Below, piece by piece: positions 36,356 through 44,501 of a DNA stretch of 47,572 nt. A model generated the notes under the pieces. That model saw nothing but the letters and a program-made list of their open reading frames with translations, searched no databases and was not told the origin of the DNA. Source of the stretch: an uncultured Ruminococcus sp. (GTDB taxonomy: Bacteria > Bacillota > Clostridia > Oscillospirales > Acutalibacteraceae); contig CAZTWO010000001.1 of NCBI GenBank assembly GCA_964617965.1, positions 4,457 through 52,028 of the forward strand, written 5' to 3'. Position numbers and translations under genes: made by a program. Position 1 is the stretch's first letter; every line of letters begins with the position of its first letter.

Positions 36356-38743
36356 ATGGATCTTTCAAGAAGATGGCTGCTTGATTATGTTGATGTCGCC
36401 GATATAGACGACAAGACCTTTGCGGATGAAATGACACTGTCCGGTTCAAAGGTTGAATGCTACGGCAAAGAGGGCGAGGAGCTCAAAAATATTGTCGTGG
36501 GCAAAATTCTCTCACTCGAAAAACACCCCGACTCCGACCATATGTGGATTTGCATGGTTGATGTCGGCGCAGATGCTCCCCTTCAGATAGTCACGGGCGC
36601 ACAGAATCTGTCTGTCGGCGATTATGTTCCGACCGCACTTGACAATTCGGTTGTTCACGGCGGCAAAGAGATAAAGTCCGGCAAATTAAGGGGCATTGAA
36701 AGCTGCGGCATGCTGTGCTCATTAGGCGAACTCGGACTTACAAAGCACGACTTCCCCTATGCGATAGAGGACGGCATTTTCGTACTCGGCGACGACTGCG
36801 ACAGAACTCCCGGCAAATGCATCAAAGAAGCAATCGGCTTAAACGATACGGTTACCGAATTTGAAATTACACCCAACCGCCCCGACTGTCTGTCGGTTGT
36901 GGGTCTCGCACGTGAAGCCGCCGTTACATTCGGCAGAAAGCTTACCGAACCCAAGACGACATACAAAACCGTCGGCGGTGACGTTAAGGAGCTTTTGCAC
37001 TCCGTTACAATCGAAGCGGCAGACAAGTGCTTCCGTTATGCCGGCGCGGTTGTAAAGAATGTTCGTGTAAAGCCCTCGCCCAAGTGGATAAGAGAGAGAC
37101 TCAGAGCGTGCGGCGTTCGTCCCATAAACAACATTGTCGATATCACGAACTTTGTAATGCTTGAATACGGTCAGCCCATGCACGCCTTCGACTTAAGATA
37201 TCTTGACGGCGGCAAGGTTATCGTCAGAAACGCAAAAGAGGGCGAAAGCATAACAACACTTGACGGTGTCGAAAGAAAGCTCTCCCCTGAAATGCTCGTT
37301 ATAGCGGACGAAAACAAGCCCGTAGCCGTTGCAGGTGTAATGGGCGGCGAATATTCGGGCATCATGGACGACACAAACACAATAGTATTTGAATCGGCAT
37401 GCTTCTATGGCCCGTCAATCAGAAAGACGGCAAAGAAGCTCGGTATGCGTACAGAAGCATCGGGCAGATTCGAGAAGGGTCTTGACCCCGACGGATGCCT
37501 TAAGTGCCTTGACAGAGCACTCTCACTTGTTGAAGAGCTTGACGCGGGCGATATAGTTGAGGGCGTTGTGGATATGTATCCCAATCCCAAGAAGCAGACT
37601 GTGCTTGACTTCTGCCCCGACTGGGTAAACAACTTCATCGGCATTAACGTAAGCGCAGACGAGCAGAAGAAAATTCTGACCGACCTTGAATTTGAGGTTA
37701 AGGACGGCAAGATATATGTTCCGTCATTCAGAAGCGACGTTGAGCATAAGGCCGATATATCCGAAGAAATTGCCAGATTCTACGGCTTTGACAAAATAGC
37801 GGTTCGTGACCTTCAGGGTGAAGCGGACGGCGGACTTAACGACTTCCAGAAGTTTGAGAAGCTTATTGTCAATAAGTGCATTTCACTCGGTCTGTCCGAG
37901 ATTGTCACATATTCGTTCATAAGCCCCAAGGCTTACGACAAAATAAATCTTGCCGCGGATTCACCGCTGAGAAAGTGCGTTGTCATATCTAACCCCTTAG
38001 GCGAAGACACGGGCGTTATGCGTACATCGATGATTCCGAGCATGATGGACACACTCTCAAGAAACTACAACAACAGAAACCTGTCCGCATATCTTTTCGA
38101 AAACGGCAAGGTATATATTCCGAAGGGTGTCGATGAACTGCCCGACGAAAACAGAACAATCGCTGTCGGTATGTACGGAAACGGCGCTGACTTCTTTGAG
38201 CTCAAGGGCAAAACAGAAGCACTGTTCGACTGTGCGGGCATTGCGGAATACGATGTTGAACCGGTAACGGACGACCCGACATTCCACCCCGGCAGAACAG
38301 CCGAATTTACCGTTAACGGCGAGCGTATCGCAATACTCGGTGAAATTCATCCGGATGTAGCCGAAAACTATTCGATAGACACAAAGGTTTATGTGGCAAG
38401 TGTTTCGCTTGACAAGCTCTATAAGCTTTCGAACATCAAGAAGACATATAAGCCCAGCCCACGCTTCCCCGCTCTTACAAGAGACCTGGCTGTAGTGTGT
38501 GACAGAATTACACCCGTACTTAAGCTCGAAAAGGTTATTGCAAAGGCTGTCGGTGAGACACTCGAGCATATTTCGCTGTTTGACGTATATCAGGGCGAAC
38601 AGATCGAAAAGGGCAAAAAGAGTGTTGCGTTCAGCCTGCGTCTGAGAGCCGCCAACCGCACAATGACAGACGACGAAGCGGATGCTGCGATGAAGAGAGC
38701 TGTTGAGGCGCTTGAGAATATAGGGGCAAGCCTGAGAAAATAA
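36356..38743 (+). CDS. pheT: Phenylalanine--tRNA ligase beta subunit
   Basis: 795-aa ORF with an N-terminal tRNA-binding domain, then B3/4, B5 and FDX-ACB domains. It lies 14 nt downstream of pheS. Confidence 0.97.
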   Translation: MDLSRRWLLDYVDVADIDDKTFADEMTLSGSKVECYGKEGEELKNIVVGKILSLEKHPDSDHMWICMVDVGADAPLQIVTGAQNLSVGDYVPTALDNSVVHGGKEIKSGKLRGIESCGMLCSLGELGLTKHDFPYAIEDGIFVLGDDCDRTPGKCIKEAIGLNDTVTEFEITPNRPDCLSVVGLAREAAVTFGRKLTEPKTTYKTVGGDVKELLHSVTIEAADKCFRYAGAVVKNVRVKPSPKWIRERLRACGVRPINNIVDITNFVMLEYGQPMHAFDLRYLDGGKVIVRNAKEGESITTLDGVERKLSPEMLVIADENKPVAVAGVMGGEYSGIMDDTNTIVFESACFYGPSIRKTAKKLGMRTEASGRFEKGLDPDGCLKCLDRALSLVEELDAGDIVEGVVDMYPNPKKQTVLDFCPDWVNNFIGINVSADEQKKILTDLEFEVKDGKIYVPSFRSDVEHKADISEEIARFYGFDKIAVRDLQGEADGGLNDFQKFEKLIVNKCISLGLSEIVTYSFISPKAYDKINLAADSPLRKCVVISNPLGEDTGVMRTSMIPSMMDTLSRNYNNRNLSAYLFENGKVYIPKGVDELPDENRTIAVGMYGNGADFFELKGKTEALFDCAGIAEYDVEPVTDDPTFHPGRTAEFTVNGERIAILGEIHPDVAENYSIDTKVYVASVSLDKLYKLSNIKKTYKPSPRFPALTRDLAVVCDRITPVLKLEKVIAKAVGETLEHISLFDVYQGEQIEKGKKSVAFSLRLRAANRTMTDDEADAAMKRAVEALENIGASLRK

Positions 38744-38745
38744 TT

Positions 38746-38889
38746 AGAAATTAGCAATTAGCAGTTAGCAATGAGATCGAAAAAATGCATAATGTAGAAT
38801 GCATAATGCAGAATGTCGGAAGTCCTGCGGACTTGATTTATATGGCTTCGCGAAATGCCACACTGTTGTCTGCTCCGTAATTTTGCTCC
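38746..38889 (+). repeat. Modular element, forward. AGAAATT/AGCAATT/AGCAGTT array (38746-38773), GCATAAT/GTAGAAT/GCAGAAT array (38787-38814) and a core (38818-38889).
   Basis: Direct reading. Hairpin AAGTCC-TGC-GGACTT at 38820-38834. The array phase runs into the pheT TAA stop (38741-38743). Confidence 0.9.
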
Positions 38890-38931
38890 TTTATAAAAAC
38901 TTCATGATAAAACGATAATTCAAATCAAAAC

Positions 38932-38972
38932 CTGCCGTGTTGAGGATTTTCTTCGCACGGCAGTGTTTTTTT
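38932..38972 (+). terminator. Rho-independent terminator of pheST
   Basis: Stem CTGCCGTG (38932-38939) pairs with CACGGCAG (38956-38963), followed by a T-run (38965-38972). It lies downstream of the repeat element, which therefore falls inside the predicted 3' UTR. Confidence 0.75.
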
Positions 38973-38986
38973 GTGTGATAATTGTG

Positions 38987-39070
38987 CTTAGCTTTTGCGA
39001 AGCTTTATAAATCCAAGGCACACAGTGCCTTCCTTAGCCCCCGACCCCCGGCCCCTGACTCCCGGCCCCT
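38987..39070 (-). repeat. Modular element, reverse. Core (38987-39033), then a C-rich heptamer array (39034-39070) that is the complement of the GGGGNCN type.
   Basis: Direct reading. Hairpin AAGGCAC-ACA-GTGCCTT at 39015-39031. The GCTTAGC-TTTT-GCGAAGC stem has one mismatch. Confidence 0.9.
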
Positions 39071-39112
39071 TTTCATTCTTCTCGGCTAACAATATAAATT
39101 TAAAAATATCTA

Positions 39113-39141
39113 TTGATTTTTATGTCTGTCCGTTGTATACT
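39113..39141 (+). promoter_or_regulatory. Candidate sigma-A promoter TTGATT-N17-TATACT for the ireB-like gene
   Basis: Hexamers at 39113-39118 and 39136-39141 with a 17-nt spacer. Confidence 0.55.
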
Positions 39142-39194
39142 CTACTAATAAGCATAGTATTTTATAATACTTATCGAAAACGGAGGTGTTCCAG

Positions 39195-39443
39195 ATGAGC
39201 GAAACAAAAGAAATTAAGCTCGCCGGCCAGAATGAGGCGGAGGTAAAGCGTATTATTCTTACTGTGTATGACGCTCTTAAAGAAAAGGGCTATAATCCCA
39301 TCAGTCAGATTGTCGGCTATATTCTGTCGGAAGACCCCACGTACATTACAACTCACAACAACGCAAGAAACCTTATCCGCAGAGTAGACAGATTTGAGCT
39401 TCTTCAAATCCTCCTGCGTGACTACATTTCGTCGGATAAATAA
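39195..39443 (+). CDS. ireB: IreB-family regulatory phosphoprotein (UPF0297 / YrzL-like)
   Basis: The segment ILTVYDALKEKGYNPISQIVGYILSEDPTYITTHNNARNLIRR closely matches the UPF0297 family core. The ATG at 39195 lies 8 nt from GGAGG. The ORF-track start at 39186 is a GTG inside the RBS. Confidence 0.88.
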   Translation: MSETKEIKLAGQNEAEVKRIILTVYDALKEKGYNPISQIVGYILSEDPTYITTHNNARNLIRRVDRFELLQILLRDYISSDK

Positions 39444-39444
39444 A

Positions 39445-39556
39445 AAGCTTCTTTGATGGTTTGCAGAACAGAAAAACCGGTATTTTGCGAAGCTTTATAA
39501 TCCAAGACACAAAGTGTCTTCCGACATTATGCATTCTTAATTATGCATTCTCAATT
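39445..39556 (-). repeat. Modular element, reverse. Core (39445-39522) and an ATTATGC/ATTCTTA array (39526-39556).
   Basis: Direct reading. Hairpin AAGACAC-AAA-GTGTCTT at 39504-39520. The AAGCTTC/GAAGCTT stem encloses a loop of about 37 nt. Confidence 0.9.
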
Positions 39557-39575
39557 TTAAAAGGACGGTATTACA

Positions 39576-39866
39576 ATGGCAAAGAAAGACGGCCTTCTTA
39601 TGTACAAGGGCTATCCCCTTGTAAGAAACGGCAAAACAATTTATTACGGCAACAGCTATGACCCGTTTGTGGTTATGATTCAGATAGCATCGACAAAGCA
39701 GTCAGGCGACCTTGAAATCGCCGACAAGGTTCTTATTCAGCTGCTGAACACCGACCCCGATGTTCGCCCCAGAGAACGCATTGTCAAAAAGAGCGAGAAA
39801 AAGGGTCTCTATGCCGCAATGGACATAGCAGAGGTCTGGCTCACAAGAGCGAACGCAGGCAAATAA
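39576..39866 (+). CDS. Hypothetical protein (96 aa)
   Basis: ORF track. ATG with an AAAGGA RBS. No family recognised. Confidence 0.6.
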   Translation: MAKKDGLLMYKGYPLVRNGKTIYYGNSYDPFVVMIQIASTKQSGDLEIADKVLIQLLNTDPDVRPRERIVKKSEKKGLYAAMDIAEVWLTRANAGK

Positions 39867-39933
39867 TCTGATTAACTCAGCCGTCGGTTTTCTTTTCGGA
39901 TTTCGGCGGCTGTTACTTTAGGAGGAAGATAAA

Positions 39934-40959
39934 ATGAATAAGGCAGAACTTGTTTTCAAGGCAATAGATGTTTTCGGCGAAGCTCCGCAGAATGCCGTTC
40001 ACTACCCCGGCATAGTAAGAGTACAGAACATTCCCTATGCCGACACATCCGAAAAATTCACAATCGGTGACCTTTATTTCAAGCGTACTATTCTTAATGA
40101 CGGCAAGCTGCACCCCGTGCTTCTGTATATTCACGGCGGCGGATTTATAAAGGGCGACAAGGATTACAGAGTTACAAACTCCGAGTTTTATGCATATCAC
40201 GGCTATTTTGTCTATAATATAGACTACCGTATGCCTCCCGAAGTGCCGCTTACCGACAACTTCGCAGACATTATAAACGCCATAAACTTTATTCCGGAGC
40301 TTGCAAAAACATACAACATTGACCCGAAAAAGGTTGTTGTATCCGGTGACTCATCGGGTGCGTTCCAGACAGCCATGCTTGCCGCAAGCGCGTTTGATGA
40401 CGAATTAAGACAGGCGCTGTCCCTCCCCGAGGTTACATGCAAGCCCGCCGCTCTCGCCCTTATGTGCGGCATATACGACCTTGAACAGCTCTTGCAGGGG
40501 CCGCGTCTTTTCGGCGTTATCCCCGAGACTGCAAGCCTTATGATGGGCTTCAAGGTTAAAAACGATATGTCGAACATAAACGACTATGAATATATAAGAT
40601 ACATCTGCCCCGTACACCTTGTTAACCCCGACTGGTGCCCGACGTTCATCACATGGGCAGAAGAAGATATCATCTGCGTGGGTCAGGGTCCGTCAATGGC
40701 AAAAGCACTCGAAGACAACAACATAAGAATGGAAAAATTCTATGTTAAGGGTCTTATCCGCAACCATTGCTATCATCTTATGATAAATCTCCCCTCTTCA
40801 AAAGAATGCATGAACAGATGCGTAAAGTTCCTCAATGAGGTTCTTGACAATGACGACCCCGAAAAGGATGAAATCGTCATCAACGAAAAAATGAACAATG
40901 ATGAGCCCGAAGAGGAAGCCGCCGAAGAAGAGACAAAAACCGAGGGCGGCGAAGAATAA
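39934..40959 (+). CDS. Alpha/beta hydrolase, esterase/lipase of the HGGG (hormone-sensitive-lipase-like) type, with an acidic C-terminal tail
   Basis: Oxyanion motif HGGGF (YIHGGGFIKGD) and nucleophile elbow GDSSGA. AGGAGG RBS. Confidence 0.85.
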   Translation: MNKAELVFKAIDVFGEAPQNAVHYPGIVRVQNIPYADTSEKFTIGDLYFKRTILNDGKLHPVLLYIHGGGFIKGDKDYRVTNSEFYAYHGYFVYNIDYRMPPEVPLTDNFADIINAINFIPELAKTYNIDPKKVVVSGDSSGAFQTAMLAASAFDDELRQALSLPEVTCKPAALALMCGIYDLEQLLQGPRLFGVIPETASLMMGFKVKNDMSNINDYEYIRYICPVHLVNPDWCPTFITWAEEDIICVGQGPSMAKALEDNNIRMEKFYVKGLIRNHCYHLMINLPSSKECMNRCVKFLNEVLDNDDPEKDEIVINEKMNNDEPEEEAAEEETKTEGGEE

Positions 40960-40999
40960 TTCGGCATCCTTATCCCCTGCCGCAAAAGAGGTGTTTTCT

Positions 41000-41842
41000 A
41001 TGAAAAGAATAGTTACAATTCAGGATATTTCATGCGTCGGCAAATGCTCACTTACAGTTGCACTGCCCGTCATATCCGCATGCGGAATAGAGACTGCGGT
41101 TATACCGACTGCCGTTCTGTCAACACATACCGCTTTTAAGGGCTTTACATTCCATGATCTTACGAATGAAATAAAGCCCATAACGGAGCACTGGAAAAAA
41201 GAAAACTTCAGATTTGACGCAATATACACGGGTTATCTCGGTTCGTTTGAGCAGGTCAAGCTCATGAGTGACTTTTTCGACGACTTCAAAACCGATGACA
41301 ACATTATTTTCGTTGACCCCGTAATGGCGGATAACGGCGTGCTGTACCCCGGATTTACGCAGGAATTTGCCGACGAAATGGCAAAGCTCTGCTCCAAGGC
41401 GGATGTAATAGTCCCAAATCTTACCGAGGCGTGCTATATGCTTCATAAGGAATATGTGGCCGAAGGATACACAAGAGAATATATCACAGATATCCTTAAG
41501 GGGCTGTCAGAGCTCGGTGCGAAAAATGCCGTGCTTACCGGTGTCAGCTTCCAAAAAGACAGAGTCGGCGTTATGGGATATATAAGCGAGGAAGACAGAT
41601 TTTTTGAGTACTACACAGCAAGAATCGACGCAAGCTTTCACGGTACGGGCGATGTTTTTGCGAGTGCGTGCGTGGGTGCGATGGTCAGAGGTCTGACACT
41701 TGAAAACTCACTTAAGACAGCGGCAAACTACACCGTTGACTCGATTATAAAGACAATGTCCGAGCCGAACCATGTGACGTATGGGGTAAATTTTGAGCAG
41801 TCGATACCGATGCTGCTTGGGGAGCTTGAGAAGAACAAATAA
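41000..41842 (+). CDS. pdxK: Pyridoxal/pyridoxamine kinase (ribokinase superfamily)
   Basis: The internal ATG of ORF 40898..41842 gives MKRIVTIQDISCVGKCSLTVALPVISA, the typical N-terminus of Firmicute pyridoxamine kinases. C-terminal GTGD motif. AAGAGG RBS. Confidence 0.85.
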   Translation: MKRIVTIQDISCVGKCSLTVALPVISACGIETAVIPTAVLSTHTAFKGFTFHDLTNEIKPITEHWKKENFRFDAIYTGYLGSFEQVKLMSDFFDDFKTDDNIIFVDPVMADNGVLYPGFTQEFADEMAKLCSKADVIVPNLTEACYMLHKEYVAEGYTREYITDILKGLSELGAKNAVLTGVSFQKDRVGVMGYISEEDRFFEYYTARIDASFHGTGDVFASACVGAMVRGLTLENSLKTAANYTVDSIIKTMSEPNHVTYGVNFEQSIPMLLGELEKNK

Positions 41843-41846
41843 GCTG

Positions 41847-41957
41847 TCAGGGGTCAGGGGCCGGGGGCCGGGGGCCGTTATCCAGTGGCCAGTATCCAGT
41901 GGCCAGTATCCAGTGGCTGAGGAAGACACTGCGTGTCTTGGATTTATATAGCTTCGC
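41847..41957 (+). repeat. Modular element, forward with a truncated core. TCAGGGG/CCGGGGG array (41847-41877), CCAGTGG/CCAGTAT x5 array (41882-41916) and a half-core (41921-41957).
   Basis: Direct reading. Hairpin AAGACAC-TGC-GTGTCTT at 41923-41939. The element starts 4 nt after the pdxK stop. Confidence 0.9.
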
Positions 41958-41990
41958 TGATTATTAAATTACCGAAAAACATAAGACATA

Positions 41991-42035
41991 AAAACCGCCT
42001 TCACTTACAAGAAAAGTGAGGGCGGTATTATTATT
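41991..42035. terminator. Bidirectional terminator between pdxK (+) and the zinc-ribbon gene (-)
   Basis: Stem CCGCCTTCACTT (41995-42006) pairs with AAGTGAGGGCGG (42014-42025) around a 7-nt loop. It is flanked by AAAA and TATTATTATT. Confidence 0.75.
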
Positions 42036-42049
42036 GCGAGAAAAATTTT

Positions 42050-42301
42050 TCAGTCACATTCCCAGCTGTTGCCGCAGTTGTTACAGATAGCTGTTTTTGT
42101 GTTTGTCGTCTTGATCTTATACTTTTTGGGCTTGAAGATTTTTATTATGAGTGCCGGCAGGGTAAAGAACAGCCACTTTACAGGCACCCACCAGAATCCA
42201 ACAAAAATCCACCAGAAAACGCCATGTTTCTTTTGCTTAATTTTTGTTTCCGTAACAATCTGAACGGATACATTATCGGAACCGCATTTGGGACATGTCA
42301 T
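42050..42301 (-). CDS. Small zinc-ribbon membrane protein (83 aa)
   Basis: N-terminal CPKCG and C-terminal CNNCG pairs flank a Trp-rich hydrophobic segment. AGGAGGAG RBS. Confidence 0.7.
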   Translation of the reverse strand: MTCPKCGSDNVSVQIVTETKIKQKKHGVFWWIFVGFWWVPVKWLFFTLPALIIKIFKPKKYKIKTTNTKTAICNNCGNSWECD

Positions 42302-42460
42302 ATTTTACTCCTCCTATAATCAGCATATAATTACTTGTACTTGCTTGTCAAGTGCAAGTCTGCTATGCGTAGTATAGCAGGGCGTTTTTTGACAGTTTTT
42401 TTGATTATTTATTTCAGATCAGGTGACTTAAAATTCTGAAAATTGTTGCAAAAGATAAAA

Positions 42461-43984
42461 TCATTTTATGTTATTCAGCCAAAGAGCGGGGTCGTCAAGC
42501 TTTACGGCAACTCGGAGCACAGCACGTGCATCGGCTACGGAAACATCATCTACGAAATTGACATTTGCCGAGAGAAGTGACAATCCCTTCAAGGTGTCAA
42601 GTTTAACAGCGGCACGAAGCACCAATCGTGCGTCGGCTACGCTTACCTGACCGTCATTATCCAAATCGCCTATGACTACTATATCTCTTTTTATTGATGT
42701 GTTATTCGAAAAAGTTTCATGCTGCATTCCGGTTAAAACAATACCCGACTGTATTTTGGTTCCGTTATGATATACTGCCGCCTTTTCATTTGCCGAGGAA
42801 ATAATTTTGTCGACATCTGTTCCGGGAACAGCGTATACATAATTCGAAGTAATTTTTACTTTTTCTTCCGAACTGTCGTCTGAAATGCTGTCAATGGACT
42901 TAAAATAGAATGCGGGGCGAATGCCGTTTCCGTCTAAGCTGCCAAAAAGTTCAAACCCGTCTTCGGTGTAGCCATATGCATTTATACCGCAGCTCGAGCC
43001 GAAAATACCTGCTGTGCGTAGAAGCCAGGCGGAATTGCCGTTATCAAACACACGAAGTCCCTGCGATTTTGCATATGAAGAACCCTGTGCGTACCTCGTG
43101 GAAACATTGCCCGATTCGCCTTTAATTTCAGGCACATCCCCTGCGATATTGCTACCTTTACTTGAAAAACCGTATGAGGTATTTTTTGCATCATTCAAGG
43201 ACAGAAGAAAAATTTTATCCTCGGTATCCGCACTGTCATATTGCGAATAAGATGACGGCGTAGAAAGAGTCACGGTTTTTATATTGCCCTGTTCGACGGA
43301 AGTAAATGCCGTTTTAAGGAAGTCATTATTAAGCCATGCACGAAGCGATGATTTTTCCCAGTTGTTAGAATAATATGTTTTTGATAAGCTGCCGTAATAT
43401 TCATTATCGTCACTTGAATACAGTATGCAGTTATTATATGGCTGAGAATCAAGAATTGCTTCGGACATTACAAGACCTTTTGACGGGTCAAGCACCCTCC
43501 ACTCTATCGGTTCAAACTTAAACCAATAAACGGTATTTACAAAGTAGCCGCTATCCTGCTGATATGTATATTTTACGGTTTCAGTATAGTCTCGGGAATA
43601 TACTTTTGTATAAGTCGTCTGTGTGGTTGATTTATAGTATGTTTTATCGGGACGATAGGTAGAGAAATACACACCGCGATATTTTTCGCCGTCATATGTG
43701 ACATCGGTATATTTCATATAATTTTTTGCGGTCATTTTTCCGTCTTCATTGCCGGTGCCCGAATAATAACCGTAGCTTGTCCATGTATCGGTTGCCCCGG
43801 CAAGCTCGGAAAGGGTGTTTTTAAGTTTTGTTTTTGTGACTTCGCTTTGCGGATATGAACCGAATTCAATAATATCCCCTGTTTTCAGTGTCACTGAGGC
43901 GGTCACAAAGACAGTGGGAATGCATGCAAGAACCATGAGTGCAGAAAGAAACAAAGCCAATAAACGTCTTAGTGAAATCTTCAT
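42461..43984 (-). CDS. Secreted DUF6273-type protein with a C-terminal dockerin
   Basis: Signal/anchor segment LLALFLSALMVLACIPTVFV. Motifs FGSYPQ, EWRVL, LRAWLN, IFLLSL, WLLRT and GIRPAF are typical of DUF6273. The dockerin repeats are DLDNDGQVSVADARLVLRAAV and VDDVSVADARAVLRVAV. Confidence 0.82.
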   Translation of the reverse strand: MKISLRRLLALFLSALMVLACIPTVFVTASVTLKTGDIIEFGSYPQSEVTKTKLKNTLSELAGATDTWTSYGYYSGTGNEDGKMTAKNYMKYTDVTYDGEKYRGVYFSTYRPDKTYYKSTTQTTYTKVYSRDYTETVKYTYQQDSGYFVNTVYWFKFEPIEWRVLDPSKGLVMSEAILDSQPYNNCILYSSDDNEYYGSLSKTYYSNNWEKSSLRAWLNNDFLKTAFTSVEQGNIKTVTLSTPSSYSQYDSADTEDKIFLLSLNDAKNTSYGFSSKGSNIAGDVPEIKGESGNVSTRYAQGSSYAKSQGLRVFDNGNSAWLLRTAGIFGSSCGINAYGYTEDGFELFGSLDGNGIRPAFYFKSIDSISDDSSEEKVKITSNYVYAVPGTDVDKIISSANEKAAVYHNGTKIQSGIVLTGMQHETFSNNTSIKRDIVVIGDLDNDGQVSVADARLVLRAAVKLDTLKGLSLLSANVNFVDDVSVADARAVLRVAVKLDDPALWLNNIK

Positions 43985-44029
43985 TTTTCTTCTCCTTATT
44001 CTGAAAAATTCAATTGTTTTGCTATTATT

Positions 44030-44058
44030 ATTTTAACAATTACAAAATAATTTGTCAA
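44030..44058 (-). promoter_or_regulatory. Candidate promoter TTGACA-N17-TAAAAT for the DUF6273-dockerin gene
   Basis: On the minus strand, TTGACA is the complement of 44053-44058 and TAAAAT the complement of 44030-44035, with a 17-nt spacer. Confidence 0.6.
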
Positions 44059-44400
44059 CGAAAATATACTCGGCAAAACAATCGACAGGGCATTAGCCAC
44101 GCACTGACAACGAAGTATTGGTTTCTCGCCGAAAAATCTCCCATATCTTTGTCCGAAAGCCTCACAATGCGACAGCATTGCTTCGTTTGAAGGACTTCGA
44201 TATGAAAAATTTTTCTTGGCTACGAAACTGCTTTGCATTTCAAAACAAAAATTAAAAAAATGTGTAGTATAAATTTGTTATAGGCAACCGATTTGTTACA
44301 CATTAAATTGACGAATTGTCTTTGTTTTGAAACAATGCTTCCTTATCAGCACGTGGCTTTAGCAGAGGTTTTTTGCGGAACATTTTAAATATCTGCATTT

Positions 44401-44443
44401 AAAATTGTTCGGCACGGTCATAAAGACCGTGCCAAACAATTTT
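44401..44443. terminator. Strong bidirectional terminator downstream of the GH3-family gene
   Basis: AAAATTGTT-C-GGCACGGTC, loop ATAAA, then GACCGTGCC-A-AACAATTTT. The 9-bp GC-rich stem is extended by A/T arms. Confidence 0.8.
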
Positions 44444-44501
44444 AATTTAAGTCAGGTTTCGGGAATCAAATTAATTTGGTGTCAATCCACTGTTGCTGCA
44501 A

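Noticed and set aside
139-41957. Heptamer/hairpin repeats as assembly artefact, adapter or vector contamination
   Set aside because: Copies are diverged from one another (four stem types, different array lengths and flavours). They occur on both strands and are embedded between intact genes with sensible RBSs, promoters and terminators. That is not the behaviour of chimeric contamination. Confirmation from long reads is still desirable.
43996-44238. 80-aa minus-strand ORF between the dockerin gene and the GH3 gene
   Set aside because: It has no RBS, overlaps the predicted promoter/leader of the DUF6273-dockerin gene, and has an odd composition. It is probably non-coding.
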